Below, one piece after another: positions 1 through 11,335 of a DNA stretch of 64,000 bases. The notes below the pieces were generated by a model. The model was not told where the DNA came from and ran no database searches. It saw nothing but the letters and a program-made list of their open reading frames with translations. The stretch comes from Leucoraja ocellata. Lineage: Eukaryota. The stretch lies in contig JAWMAR010000025.1 of the NCBI GenBank assembly GCA_036785375.1, positions 2,418,001-2,482,000 on the forward strand, given 5' to 3'. Each line of letters begins with the position of its first letter. Position 1 is the first letter of the stretch. Both the position numbers and the translations under genes were made by a program.

Positions 1-714
1 AAGTCTTGGCAGCTTGGATTTATAATGGTCTTGGTTACAACATCAGTGCCTTTTGCTTGCCTGTTAAGAAGTTGACAGTCTTGTAAAGGAATTGAAGTTA
101 CTGATTTTCTAATTAAATGTCCGCTTGCCTTCAGTGCTAGTGAGTAGTTACTTTGAGATGTGGTGAGTGGAAGAAGCCAGTTGTTTGCAGCGATATTGTA
201 GATTGTAGGTACATTTACTTATAAATGATAGAATTGCTTGTGTATGCAGGTTCATGATCATTCTGTTCATAGTTTGTTGTGCATAATGGGTTACAATCCC
301 ATGATCTTTAACTTCCTTCTAGTTCTCTGTTGCGTGTTGGCACAGTATTTGTCTCAGGCGAACAAAATACTGCACTTTTGGTATTGACACTTGCATGTTT
401 TCTATGATCAATGCTGGGATCAGAGACTAATTAAACATTCTGCTGCTGCTATTTAGCTAATTGTCCACGGACCTCAGTGAGCTTCATTCACAAACTAAGC
501 CAACAAAAAAATCCTGCAAATAAAAAGTTGTGTTACAAGTTGCAAAGTTGGCTGGTAATTGAGAAAGCAGCGAATCATCTTTATCCCGAACAGTGGGGTG
601 ATTAACTAGTAAGATCAAATTGGAGCAGTTCTGACCATTATGGCTTTAATGTATTTCCTTTTAGCCAAACAAAATACCGACATTTACAAATGTTCTGTTT
701 TTGTACTATAGCAG

Positions 715-825
715 GATTTGTCTCAGGAAGCATTTGCCACTCAGGCTCCTCAAGGGTTGACTTCCAACAAACCCAACCAGGAGGAGCTGACCCTCATGCA
801 GCAGGGGCGTCCATCTAGTCTGCCG
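715..825 (+). CDS. ARID1A: ARID1A coding exon (human exon 4 equivalent); alternative tandem acceptor would start at 712
   Basis: tagcag|GATTTG...CTGCCG|gtgagt; encodes DLSQEAFATQAPQGLTSNKPNQEELTLMQQGRPSSLP, matching ARID1A ELSQD...RPSSLP; phase 0/0. Confidence 0.9.
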
Positions 826-2887
826 GTGAGTGCACTTCCAGTTCCTTTCTTGCACCTACAAGGACATTCAATAGTTATCAAGTGATTTAGTAGACCACCT
901 CTGGAATAAATATTCCACTTTTTTAGGGAAGGGTAGGTTCATTGCTGCTTTCTCATTCACCAGTTTCTTGTGCTGCCTCGAATATTATGGCAGTTAGGCA
1001 CTTTACCACCGTTGGAATATTGTGATCTCTTGTGCGTGTGTAGGTTAAATCTAGTGTTTATGATTTGGCCCAGTGGTCAATTGTTTAATGCTTCATTGTA
1101 TAAGTCAAGTTATGGCTTGATCAGAATTTTATAGGATCAAATACAGTATAAAACTGGAAAATATTGAAAGGTCTGGAATAGGCAACTTATTCTGATAATT
1201 TAATTTCTTTTAATGTAGAATGATCATACAAAGTTAATTTTCATGGGACAGTGATGATACAACATCTAAGCTTTGTTATAATAATTAAAGTCTCCAGAGT
1301 TTGGTGTCCAGATTTCTAATTTAATGAATGGTGCTTATAATTATGACTGGGCTAATTAATATAGTGGAATTAAATGCAATTCATTATATTCCACCATTTC
1401 AATAGAGGAGGGATAATCTAGAGGAGGACCGGTCAAAAATCGAGTGATTTGTTTGGGTTTTCCCCAGTAAAATTAAGGCTGAGGTTTGAGGAGGGAATAA
1501 GATATGCTGTATTATTGAGGTGAAAACGGGCAGCTGTCATGATGAGTAAGCTTTACAATTAGAATCTCAGCTTTCGGCTCATATAGAGCGACAGGCTGCA
1601 AATAACCATGTTCGGCTGGTGACTGAAGAGAGTTTGCTTAATAGGAGAAAGCTTCTACTGATCTAATACTGGATATTGGACTAACAGCATGACAACTGGG
1701 CAGTGAAAGTAGTGGAGAAAGTGTAGACTGAGAGGGAAATGTCATCAGAGAAGATGTACATCAATGGTAGTATAGAAATGAATGAAATGTTTTTTGAAAT
1801 TTGGTCAGCAGCATGATATTTCCATCTTTGTAGTGCATGAATGAATTACCCAAAGAAAATGAGATGGGATATATTACAGAGATTGAGGTGAGCAGTTTTA
1901 GTGATGGGAGATGCTATATAACAATGCGTCCCATTTCTTGCACTTACTGTACTGATGAATGAAGGCAAGCAGTCATACGCTGCCTTCACTGCCTGTCTAC
2001 CCATGTGGCCATGTTTAGAGAACTGTCTACTTCTACCCCGTGATTTTGTGGTTCTACAACATCCCCAGGGTCCTCCCATTCACTATGTCCTTGGCTGGTT
2101 TAGCTTCCCAAAATTTATCATTTCTCATTGTCTGATTCAATTCCATCTGCCACTCTTTTCCAGTTGATTCAGAACCTGTTGTAACCTGCAATAACCTGCA
2201 CCGAATTGTACATATATTGGTCTTACTAATCATGCAAATTAATGCCATTGCTCTGCTCATTCTATAAGATCATCTATATCATCCTGCAGACTTTGACAGC
2301 TCTCCTATCAATGGCCATCAGTCTTATCTCCAAATTTGCTGTTCATATCTCATTCTCCAGATTGGTGGACAGACTTTAAATCGGACAAAATAAATCCCTT
2401 CGTCACCCTCTGCTTCCCGTAACCAGATTAATATTGAATCTAGATTGCCACATCATTGGATCCCATTAGCTCCAACCTTTTGGACAAACTCCCCAATGCG
2501 GGAGTTTGTCAAAGGCTGGATGAAGTCCATGTAAACAACATAAAACATTCTGCCCCCCTCACCTTTCTCTGCTAGCTAGCCTTTGGTGTTTATTGCGAAC
2601 GTGGTATTTCCACACCATATCATGCTGGAATTATCCGCTCTGCCTTCCTGCATCTCTGCTGTTGGCAACTGGAAATGGACACAGTGCCTTGGGGGCATAC
2701 TTACTTGTTTGACTTGATATAGGTTCCCAGTCATTTGGTCTCTGAATAGTCCAGTGTATGAAAGTAGTTGTTTCTCTGGGCAACATTTGAATTTTAACCT
2801 GCTGCATGATCACAATTATTAGACATATTTCCTATCCCACATCATTGGTCTGGCTATCAATGAAAGTGGATCGTGTTACTACATGAA

Positions 2888-2978
2888 CTGAAGAAGGGTT
2901 TCGGCCCGAAGCGTTGCCTATTTCCTTCGCTCCATAAATGCTGCTGCACCCGCTGCGTTTCTCCAGCATTTTTGTCTT
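2888..2978 (+). mobile_element. Solo Penelope-derived terminus (hammerhead-like motif)
   Basis: CTGAAGAAGGGTTTCGGCCCGAAGCGTTGCC...CTCCAGCATTTTTGTCT, near-identical to the 59457 copy. Confidence 0.85.
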
Positions 2979-4877
2979 ACTACATGTAATGGTTTGCCCC
3001 AACCCAGCTTGACCAGGCTGCAGCACAAAAACAATGTGTAAGTGAGAAATGTTTGTACTGTACTTAACGGAAGCTTGAATCTGTAAGTTTGTCAGATTTT
3101 TTAATGTTAGATTTTCCATCCGGTGAGACATTCTTGGAGTTGAGTAGTTAGTTTGAATGTGCTCCTTGTAGTTGTATAATTGACAGTCTTCATACGTTTG
3201 GCTAAGTGTATCTTTTTGCAGCAAGATCCTGGTGTTTAAAAGTTAACTTATTATTGATTTATCCTATAGTTGTGGTGATCTGCCATTATTAATGTGTAGA
3301 ATAAGATGACATTTACTGGTAATGTTCAGTTGCCTATATAGCAAGCCAAACCCTTGTGCACATCCGGTTGGTTTGTACACTTTCTTGCATCTTGGTAGGC
3401 AAATATTATGCTGTTGCATTTTTTACAGAGGAGTGAATAAGAATGCAAGACTGAAATGGGGACTTCTGCAGTCCTGAGAATAAATCATGAATCAGCCGCT
3501 GCCTGGTTAAACAGAATAAGTGAAACAAATTGTACACTTTGTAGTTTTTGGATGCATTGTAGTTCACTTTGTGTTTTCAAATTGTTAAGCTGCCTTCAGA
3601 GCTAGGTGCTATCTTATGATTGGCTGTGTATAGATATTCATCGTTGGGGGCCTGTTTCCTGTTGCTATTCTTGTGCCTCCCTTTTGGAGCTTGCTTCCTG
3701 TCTGTATGTGTTATGCTGAATCAGGGTGCCAGGGTCCTGTTTGTGCCTATTTGCTATGTCAATCCAAGCATCCTGTTACATTGAGTTTGGTGCTTAGTTT
3801 CTCAATTCTGTTTTTTTTTAAGTCCTAGCGTGAATCTAAAATGCAAATTGCTTTCCTGCTGCATGTTCTATATTGTCTTCCAATTCCAGGCTTAACTTGA
3901 ATGTTCTTCTCAACTAGACACGTGCAAGTAAGTCTGGGGGCTCTTGATCTGCTGGACCGTTGCTATTATGTGCAATAACATCCTGCATCAATAATTCAAG
4001 CTAATAATCATCTTAGGAATTGTGTCCGTACTCCAGATTTGGTATCTATATTTCAAACCTTGAGGATTAAAAATAGTTTTTGCCAGTAAACCGCAAATTA
4101 ATGTTGTGCATAAGAGGGAGAGATGGTCACTGCTGACAATGTTGAAATAGGATAGAACTGTTTGTGCCAAATAATTCTCCCTTGCTGCAGTTTTCGCCTG
4201 CCTTTTGAAGACGTGCAGCCCTATGTCTTTCAGCAGTTTTGTCTAAATAGCATGATTGGACATGTGTTTTTAACGAGGTGTTTGACTGATTGTAATCTGC
4301 TTCTGGCTTTAGACAGCTATGTGCATAAGGCCTGCCTTTAGTGTTCAAGAGTAGTCTCTTTCTGCTTTCACCTCTTCCAGATTTTGAGTGCTGTCTGACG
4401 ATGAAATTTGAGATCTGCTTGCTTTTGGTAGATAGTACATTCAACTCCTCAGTTGGAATAGGTAGTCAGATTTTCTTTGTGCATGTCAATATTTTTTGAA
4501 ATGTCTTTCTGGTTCTAATGTTAATCTGTAAAAGTGCGGGGTTCAATGAAGCTAAACTGCTGCACAAATTATGGGTTATCAGCTTTAGAATCTGCTAAAA
4601 TGATTACATTTTTAAACCTGTCAGAAGTTCAAGTTGTTTAGTTAGATTTCTGAACTGTTGTAGAATCCAAGATACACAGATCTGGAATAATGTAAAATTG
4701 TAGGTTCCCTCTCTTCCCACCAGACTAAATTGTAACTGGGATTCAAGGGTCAAACAATTTAGTAGATTGAATAAAAATGGCTTTTCACTCTGGATATCAT
4801 TTCTGATTTGGAAACAAAGCATGGTTGCAGCAGAAGAAGTGCTAAAATGGGTGTTATTCATGTAGAAAAGGTCAGAC

Positions 4878-5287
4878 GCTAGAATGTAGAAGATTGAGGG
4901 GGGGATCTTATAGAAACTTACAAAATTCTTAAGGGGTTGGACATGCTAGATGCAGGAAGATTATTCCCGATGTTGGGGAAGTCCAGAACTAGGGGTCACA
5001 GTTTAAGGATAAGAGGGAAGTCTTTTAGGACCGAGATGAGAAAATATTTTTTTACACAGAGAGTGGTGAATCTGGAATTCTCTACCACAGAAGGTAGTTG
5101 AGGCCAATTCATTGGCTATATTTAAGAGGGAGTTAGATGTGGCCCTTGTGGCTAAAGGGATCAGGGGGTATGGAGAGAAGGCAGGGACTGGGATACTGAG
5201 TTGGATGATCAGTCATGATCATATCGAATGGCGGTGTAGGCTCGAAGGGCCGAATGGCCTACTCCTGCACCTATTTTCTATGTTTCT
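4878..5287 (+). mobile_element. CR1 LINE 3' end with 12-bp TSD
   Basis: RLRGDLIETYK-like ORF2 end, ...GGGCCGAATGGCCTACTCCTGCACCTATTTTCTATGTTTCT tail; AAAAGGTCAGAC at 4866-4877 and 5288-5299. Confidence 0.9.
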
Positions 5288-5984
5288 AAAAGGTCAGACA
5301 ATTTGGGGATGGGAGAGTCCAGTGATTGGGAAGTGTACAATTAATTAAGAAGTTTTAAGGAACCATTTGCACATGAATGGAATGGCTGTTGCCAAAGACC
5401 TCCCTGGATGATTGGTGAGGAAGGAAGTGATAGAGGATGTTTTTGGGCTTCCTACAGCATTATTTATCTATTCACAGCAATCACATTGGTTTACTTTTGA
5501 CCTGTAGCTGTTCTTCTTACGGTGTGGAATAACATTACTGTGGAAAGTGGCTCAGACAAATCAATGTGTTCAAGTTTGAAAATACAGGATGCATAATATA
5601 TTAGTGTCATGGTGCAATGAGAACACAGCTAAAGTCTGCATGTCTCAAATTGTAGCTACCAATTGGAATTAAATATATAAAATGTGCCAATATTTTCCAT
5701 TAAATTGTTGGGAGAATCCTAAATCGGGATTAAATATGATTCACAGTGTATACATTTAACTAGTTTTTCTTTTCACTTGCCTGTGTCGCGGAGAAGCATA
5801 ATTCACCGACAGTCATTTTAGAGTTTCCAATCTTAAAACATTGATTCACTGCTTTATGAGAGAAGTGAACCTGTTCTAACCTGTGCAAATTGATCTGGTT
5901 TAAGCCATTTAGTCACTTGCATTTACAAAACCCACGTTGTCTGTCAAATTTTGATGGAAATGATGTATTTAGTTCACTGCCAAG

Positions 5985-6960
5985 TGGAGCACAGTCATGG
6001 AGTTGTACAGCACAGACAAATACCTTTTTGGTCCACAACATCCATACCAATCTTTTTCCCGTATACATTAATCCTATTTAAGTGCACTAGGGTTGTGTCC
6101 TTCTCTACCTTTATCTATTTAAGTGCCTGGCTACATATCTTTTAAACATTGTGATTGAATCTAGCACCTTCTCTGACATCAAGTTCCCAATATCAACCAC
6201 ACTCTGAAGTTTTAAAACATTTCCCCTCAAATCCTCTTTAAAACTCATTAATTATGCCCTCTTGTTTTGGATATCCCTATAGCAGGGGGTAGTAAGTTCT
6301 GCATGTCTATCTGTTCCTCTTTTAATTTTTTTAATACTTTTATCTAGTCACACTGCCTTTGTACCAGGAAAATCAGACTCAGTCTATCTAATCTCTCCCC
6401 ATAACTAAAGTCCTCCAATCTAGGCAATGGTGAATCTCCTTTGTTCCATCTCCAGCACAAATGCAATCATCTCAATGAGTGGCAACAAAATGTGCACACA
6501 ATAGTCAAGTGCAGAAAACTAGTCTTTTATAAGTTGCAACATAATGTCCTAACGTTTACATTCTTTGTCCAGTGCTTTGAAGATAACCTGCCACATGCCA
6601 CCTTCACCATGCTATCTACCTGCGTTGCCACTTTTGGGGAAGCGATTAAGTTGAACCCCATGGTTCCTCTGTTCATTAACATTGTTTAGTGTCCTCCCAT
6701 TTCCAGCTAACCTATATCCTGATGTAGCCTTAGGCAACCTGCCTCACTGTCCATGACACCGCCAATTTCCGTGTCATCTGCAAACTTACTAATTGTGCTT
6801 CCTATATTCACATTCAAGGCATTTCTACATTTCACAAAGAAGCGGCCCAGCAGTGGTCTGCACTCTGGTCACACAACCCTAATCAGAAAAGCATCCTTGT
6901 ACAACTGGTCTCTGCTTCCCATCACCAAGCCAATTCACCTGAAAATTAGTTCTGGCTTTG
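5985..6960 (-). mobile_element. Old CR1 LINE remnant
   Basis: Reverse-strand RT motif (GTGTCATCTGCAAAC = FADDT) and degenerate CR1 3' region; boundaries approximate. Confidence 0.65.
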
Positions 6961-7407
6961 CATGATGTCGGAATAATTCAGTACCTACATACCTACTGGA
7001 TTCCGTACCTACATTCGGAAATATTTTTAGAATTTGTCTATATAAGCTCAAAGGTTTTTTGCTGCAGCTCTTTAAGTTGAGACGGTGAACAAAACCAGTA
7101 GCTGCATTTTTGCAAATTGACTCTTTCCTATCCACTTTCCCAGACCTTCCTTCAGACGGCTGTTAGGAGTTTTGAAAGATTGTTTCCGTAAGTATTCTGG
7201 GCTGGAAAATCGATTGTGTATGGAGCTTGTGGCTATGCACTCGGATAGCTGGTGGTTCCATAGAGAATTAGTTTATTACTGTTCTTTGGAGAGTTTAATT
7301 TTAGCATACCAACTGATTTTACTCTTGAGAAAGTTTATACTACAAACCAGTCATCATTAGTCTCCCCTCAGCAACACCCCAGAGAAAACAATCCCAAGAT
7401 TGTTTAA

Positions 7408-7621
7408 GAAGGAACTGCAAATGCTGGAAAATCGAAGGTAGGCAAAAATGCTGGAGAAACTCAGTGGGTGAGGCAGCACTATGGAGCGAAGGAAATAGGC
7501 GGCGTTTCGGGTCGAGGCCCTTCTTCGGTTCTGAAGAAGGGTCTTGACCCGAAACATCTCCTATTTTCTTCGCTCCATAGATGCTGCCTCACCCGCTGAG
7601 TTTCTCCAGCATTTTTATCTA
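7408..7621. mobile_element. Inverted pair of Penelope-derived termini with 15-bp flanking direct repeat
   Basis: Arms ~7433-7528 and 7531-7621 are inverted; CCCAAGATTGTTTAA at 7393-7407 and 7622-7636. Confidence 0.88.
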
Positions 7622-8810
7622 CCCAAGATTGTTTAATCTATCTTTATGGCAAATACTCTAATCCAGGCGAGAATCATATCCTACTGATTCTCGCCTGCAG
7701 CCCCACCAAAGCCTCCACGTCGTCCCTGTAATGCGGCGACCAGAACTGCATACAATACTCCAAAGGGGTCCAACCAAAGCTTTATATAGCTATAACATGA
7801 CTTCCTGACTTTTATATTCAGTGCCCTGATTGAAGAATGCCATCACCATCTTTATTACCCTATCTACTTGTGTTGCCACTTTGAGGGAGCTCTCCCTTTA
7901 ACTCTCAATTCTATATAATTTTTGTGTAAAGTTGAGTGGTGGAAGTGCAGAAAGTAATGGAAATTTGAGTTCTTCAATGTATCAAGTTAACCCACTATTA
8001 CATATTTTGGAATCCATGCAGCCAACTACACTAAGATGTTGCTCATAATCCTGCTTCTCTCATTTGCATATTGGGTTTTACTGAATGATGTTTGCAGTTT
8101 TTTTAGAAGACAAACTGCTGTTTTGGAAGTTTTTTTACCTCTTCCTCTTCCTCTGGTCGCTTGACTGAACACGTAGATCCGCTGACAGATTTGATCGTTT
8201 GTGAGAGTCAGTGAATCAATCTAGCCTCTGTGTACTGCAGATGAGTTAATTTTATTTTCTGTGCAATGCAAAAATGCAAGTTACCAACACTGGCCTGATA
8301 TATTAATTAGCCCTTTATGGTGTTTGGAGTGAGCAAGCACCCTGGGACATATTAGGATTAACTTCAACAAATGTTTCATGGTCATATACGGCCAAGCCTT
8401 GCTCTTTGCCCATAATGCAGTTCGATATCTTGTTTTCAACTGCAAAAAAACACATTTGCTGTAAATTTATAATCATTTTCCACTGAAATAAAGCTGCATA
8501 ATGAGTGAAACTTGTTTGATAATATCTGACTCCATAATCGCCCCTTGTTAATAAACCCAGACTCACTCTATAATATGTCCAATCTGCATTGCTATCTCAG
8601 CATTTTTAATTTGGTGCCATACACAGACTTATTCCCAACATTCTTCTCGGCCGTCGCCATTTTATGGTTGGAAGATTTTAATTTTTGCCTTAATGGTGCC
8701 TTATGTGTTGTTAAACTGCAGAAAATTGTGGGTCATACCTGGTGTGCATATGGCAAATAACCGCTCTTGACTTGGCTCTTGACCTTGCCCAACAATGATA
8801 TCTATTCTCC

Positions 8811-9090
8811 ATGGGTAGCTACCAACCAAAATAATTCTCCAATTTTATGTAACTAACCTGCACCCCCGCCCCCCCGTCCCATCTCCCTCCCCTTTTTTGC
8901 CCTTCCATTCCCTGTGCCCCATCTTGATTTAAGCTATTTCTCCCTCTCCTCTCCTGTCTTCTTCCATTTATATTCCTCCTTCTGGCTTCACAATTCACAT
9001 CTTTTCTATCCTTAACTCCTTGCTTCACACTTTCTTTTCACCTCTTCTTGAATCGTCCATTGTGAGGATCTATTTCCCTCTATTCACTTC
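8811..9090 (+). mobile_element. Penelope-like element 3' UTR remnant
   Basis: GGGTAGCT..CAACC..AATTCTCCAATTTT.GTAAC followed by C/T-rich UTR with CTTCACAATTCAC shared with the 56.9 kb copy. Confidence 0.6.
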
Positions 9091-10201
9091 TGAAACAGGT
9101 CATGATCTTTTCATGTCTAACCTTCTCTCAAGGTTCTTTGTTTTATGGAGCAAATTATGTCGCATTTTGCAGTGCACCCTTATTACTGACATCCCTCATG
9201 GCTGGAACTGTTCTAGTAAAATGTTATTGCCCTTTCTCCAGAATCTTCACTTTGCTAAAATTATATGATCAGGATTAGATACAGTGTTCCAATTTTGGAG
9301 TGAGAAATCGATTTTCAACACACTTGTATAGCAGAATTTCTTGATTCACTCTTGACTGGTTTTAAGATCGTACTGTCCACCAGTACTGGAAAATTTTACA
9401 CATTCCCAATGTTTAATAAAGTCAAGTGCCTCATGCAACTGGTACATACTCGGTCCCTTTGCTTTGGCAACCTACACAATATCCCATTAGCAGAAATGCT
9501 TATGATTAACAGGAAGATATATGTTTATATCTATTACTACACGTTATACAGGTTTTTTATTTGAAACTGGAAAGTCCCATTGTTCCTTCACAGTTCCTAT
9601 AAATGTTTCCTATGTCTGATGTGGATAGCCTACATTAAAATTGATGTCCTTTTTATTTTGCCATTCGTTTAAAAGACTATGCCCTATAGTGGTTGTCTGG
9701 TTTCACATGGGAGAAATTGGAGTAACTCTATAATATTTTGGTAGGTAAACCATTAAACTTATAAAGCTCTACATGTTACCTCAATTTCCTCCTTCCTTTT
9801 TAAACTACATAAAACCTCTGATTGGCTAAACTAATAATAAATAATATTACCAGTCCAAGCTTAAAAAGTCCAATAAAATCCATGTTATTAGGATAAACCT
9901 TTCTCCAATTTTAGAAATCCTGTTTGCTGACCATTTGCTATGCTGGTTTTAGATGGATATGAATAAATGAATTGAACAAATCTGAATGTAATTCTATACA
10001 TGAATTCTTGTGTATGTGGTTAACCTTTTATCCCTATGAAGAACTGATTTCACATTGCCTTAATGTTCAAAAGCAGCTTCCCTCACTCTGATAAATTGGA
10101 GTTCACTTGAATCCTTTAACACTAGAATATAAAAATTAAATGAATTAATGTAATTGCAATAAATATTGCCTTCAAATTATTACATAACTAAGTTCAGCTG
10201 C

Positions 10202-10377
10202 AGAAACAACTGCAGATGCAGGTTAATATTCAAAAGGATGCAAAGTGCTAGAGTGACTCAGCAGGACAGAATCTCCGGAGAACATGGATAGGTAGCGTTT
10301 CGGGCCTGCCCTGCTGAGATACTCCAGCACTTTGTGTCGTTTTGTGTATTAATCAGCACTGCAGTTGTTTGTTTCTA
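10202..10377. mobile_element. Older inverted pair of Penelope-derived termini
   Basis: AGAAACAACTGCAG... / ...CTGCAGTTGTTTGTTTCT with family motifs (CAAAGTGCT.GAGT.ACTCAGC, TACTCCAGCACTTTGTGTC). Confidence 0.7.
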
Positions 10378-11335
10378 ACAATTTATACAATTTGGTTATA
10401 GTAAACAATTGGCAATAGTGAACCATCTCTTCTTTTCCTCCCGCCCCCCCCCCCCAATGATCCATTATAACAAAGGTTTACTATAATGTTCTATTACAAA
10501 ATGATATGTTCAATAAATGTTGCTAGTTCACCATTTCTTCCCTGGAGGTGTTTATTCTTGCTGGGCTATTCTTCCAGCGCTCAAAGTTACATTGGCCGAT
10601 AGAACATTAGACGCAAGGATTAGAAAATGTCATTCTACAAAGGAGAGCCAAGATATTGGTGAAGAAAGGGACAACAGTGCAAGATACACAAACAATTTGT
10701 AAGAATTTCTTTAGATATCCAAGTGTCTTTCTTTTTGCATAAGGCAATATGGTCCTTTACAGACAGGAGCAGAATAATTTCTTGGGAAATAGTGGCAGAG
10801 AAATTATATTCGACCGCCTTAAAATAAAGAACACCTAAAAATGGTGGAGGTCTTGAATAAATGCAGAGCTCAAAGAAAGTAACATTAGTTACCGAAACGA
10901 AATGGAGAAATTGATGGGACTGAAAGCCAACAAATCCCCAAACTTTGGAGATGGTGGATACACTGTTTGTCAATATCCAAAATTTCTCAGATTCCAGAAA
11001 GCCTTGTACAGTTTGGACTATAACAACCTGCTGTTTACACATCTCTGCAAAGTACCTGTGAAATTTGCCCCTCAACATCCTACTTAATATTTGGCAACCA
11101 GAGCTGTATATAACTACAGGATAATGCATCCTTTCTTAACTAAATAGATTCTGCCATTAGTTGTTGCAGGACATCCTGTCTCTGGAGCATTACAATATTT
11201 ATTGTTTTGTTTCTTCCTGTTCACCATGCATCTCTACTCATAGGAACACTGGTGATTCTGAGAGGATCATATGTAGGAATTTAAAATCAATATGGAAAAT
11301 TTAGAAAGGATAGGAGCAGAGATTCCTCCAGTATA

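Noticed and set aside
1539-1626. Possible C/D box snoRNA (ATGATGA...CTGA)
   Set aside because: No convincing terminal stem or recognisable guide; lies in what looks like a decayed minus-strand L2 remnant
8649-8663. YY1-like motif GTCGCCATTTT (also 49910)
   Set aside because: Single short motifs without promoter context; the first is next to a probable retroelement tail
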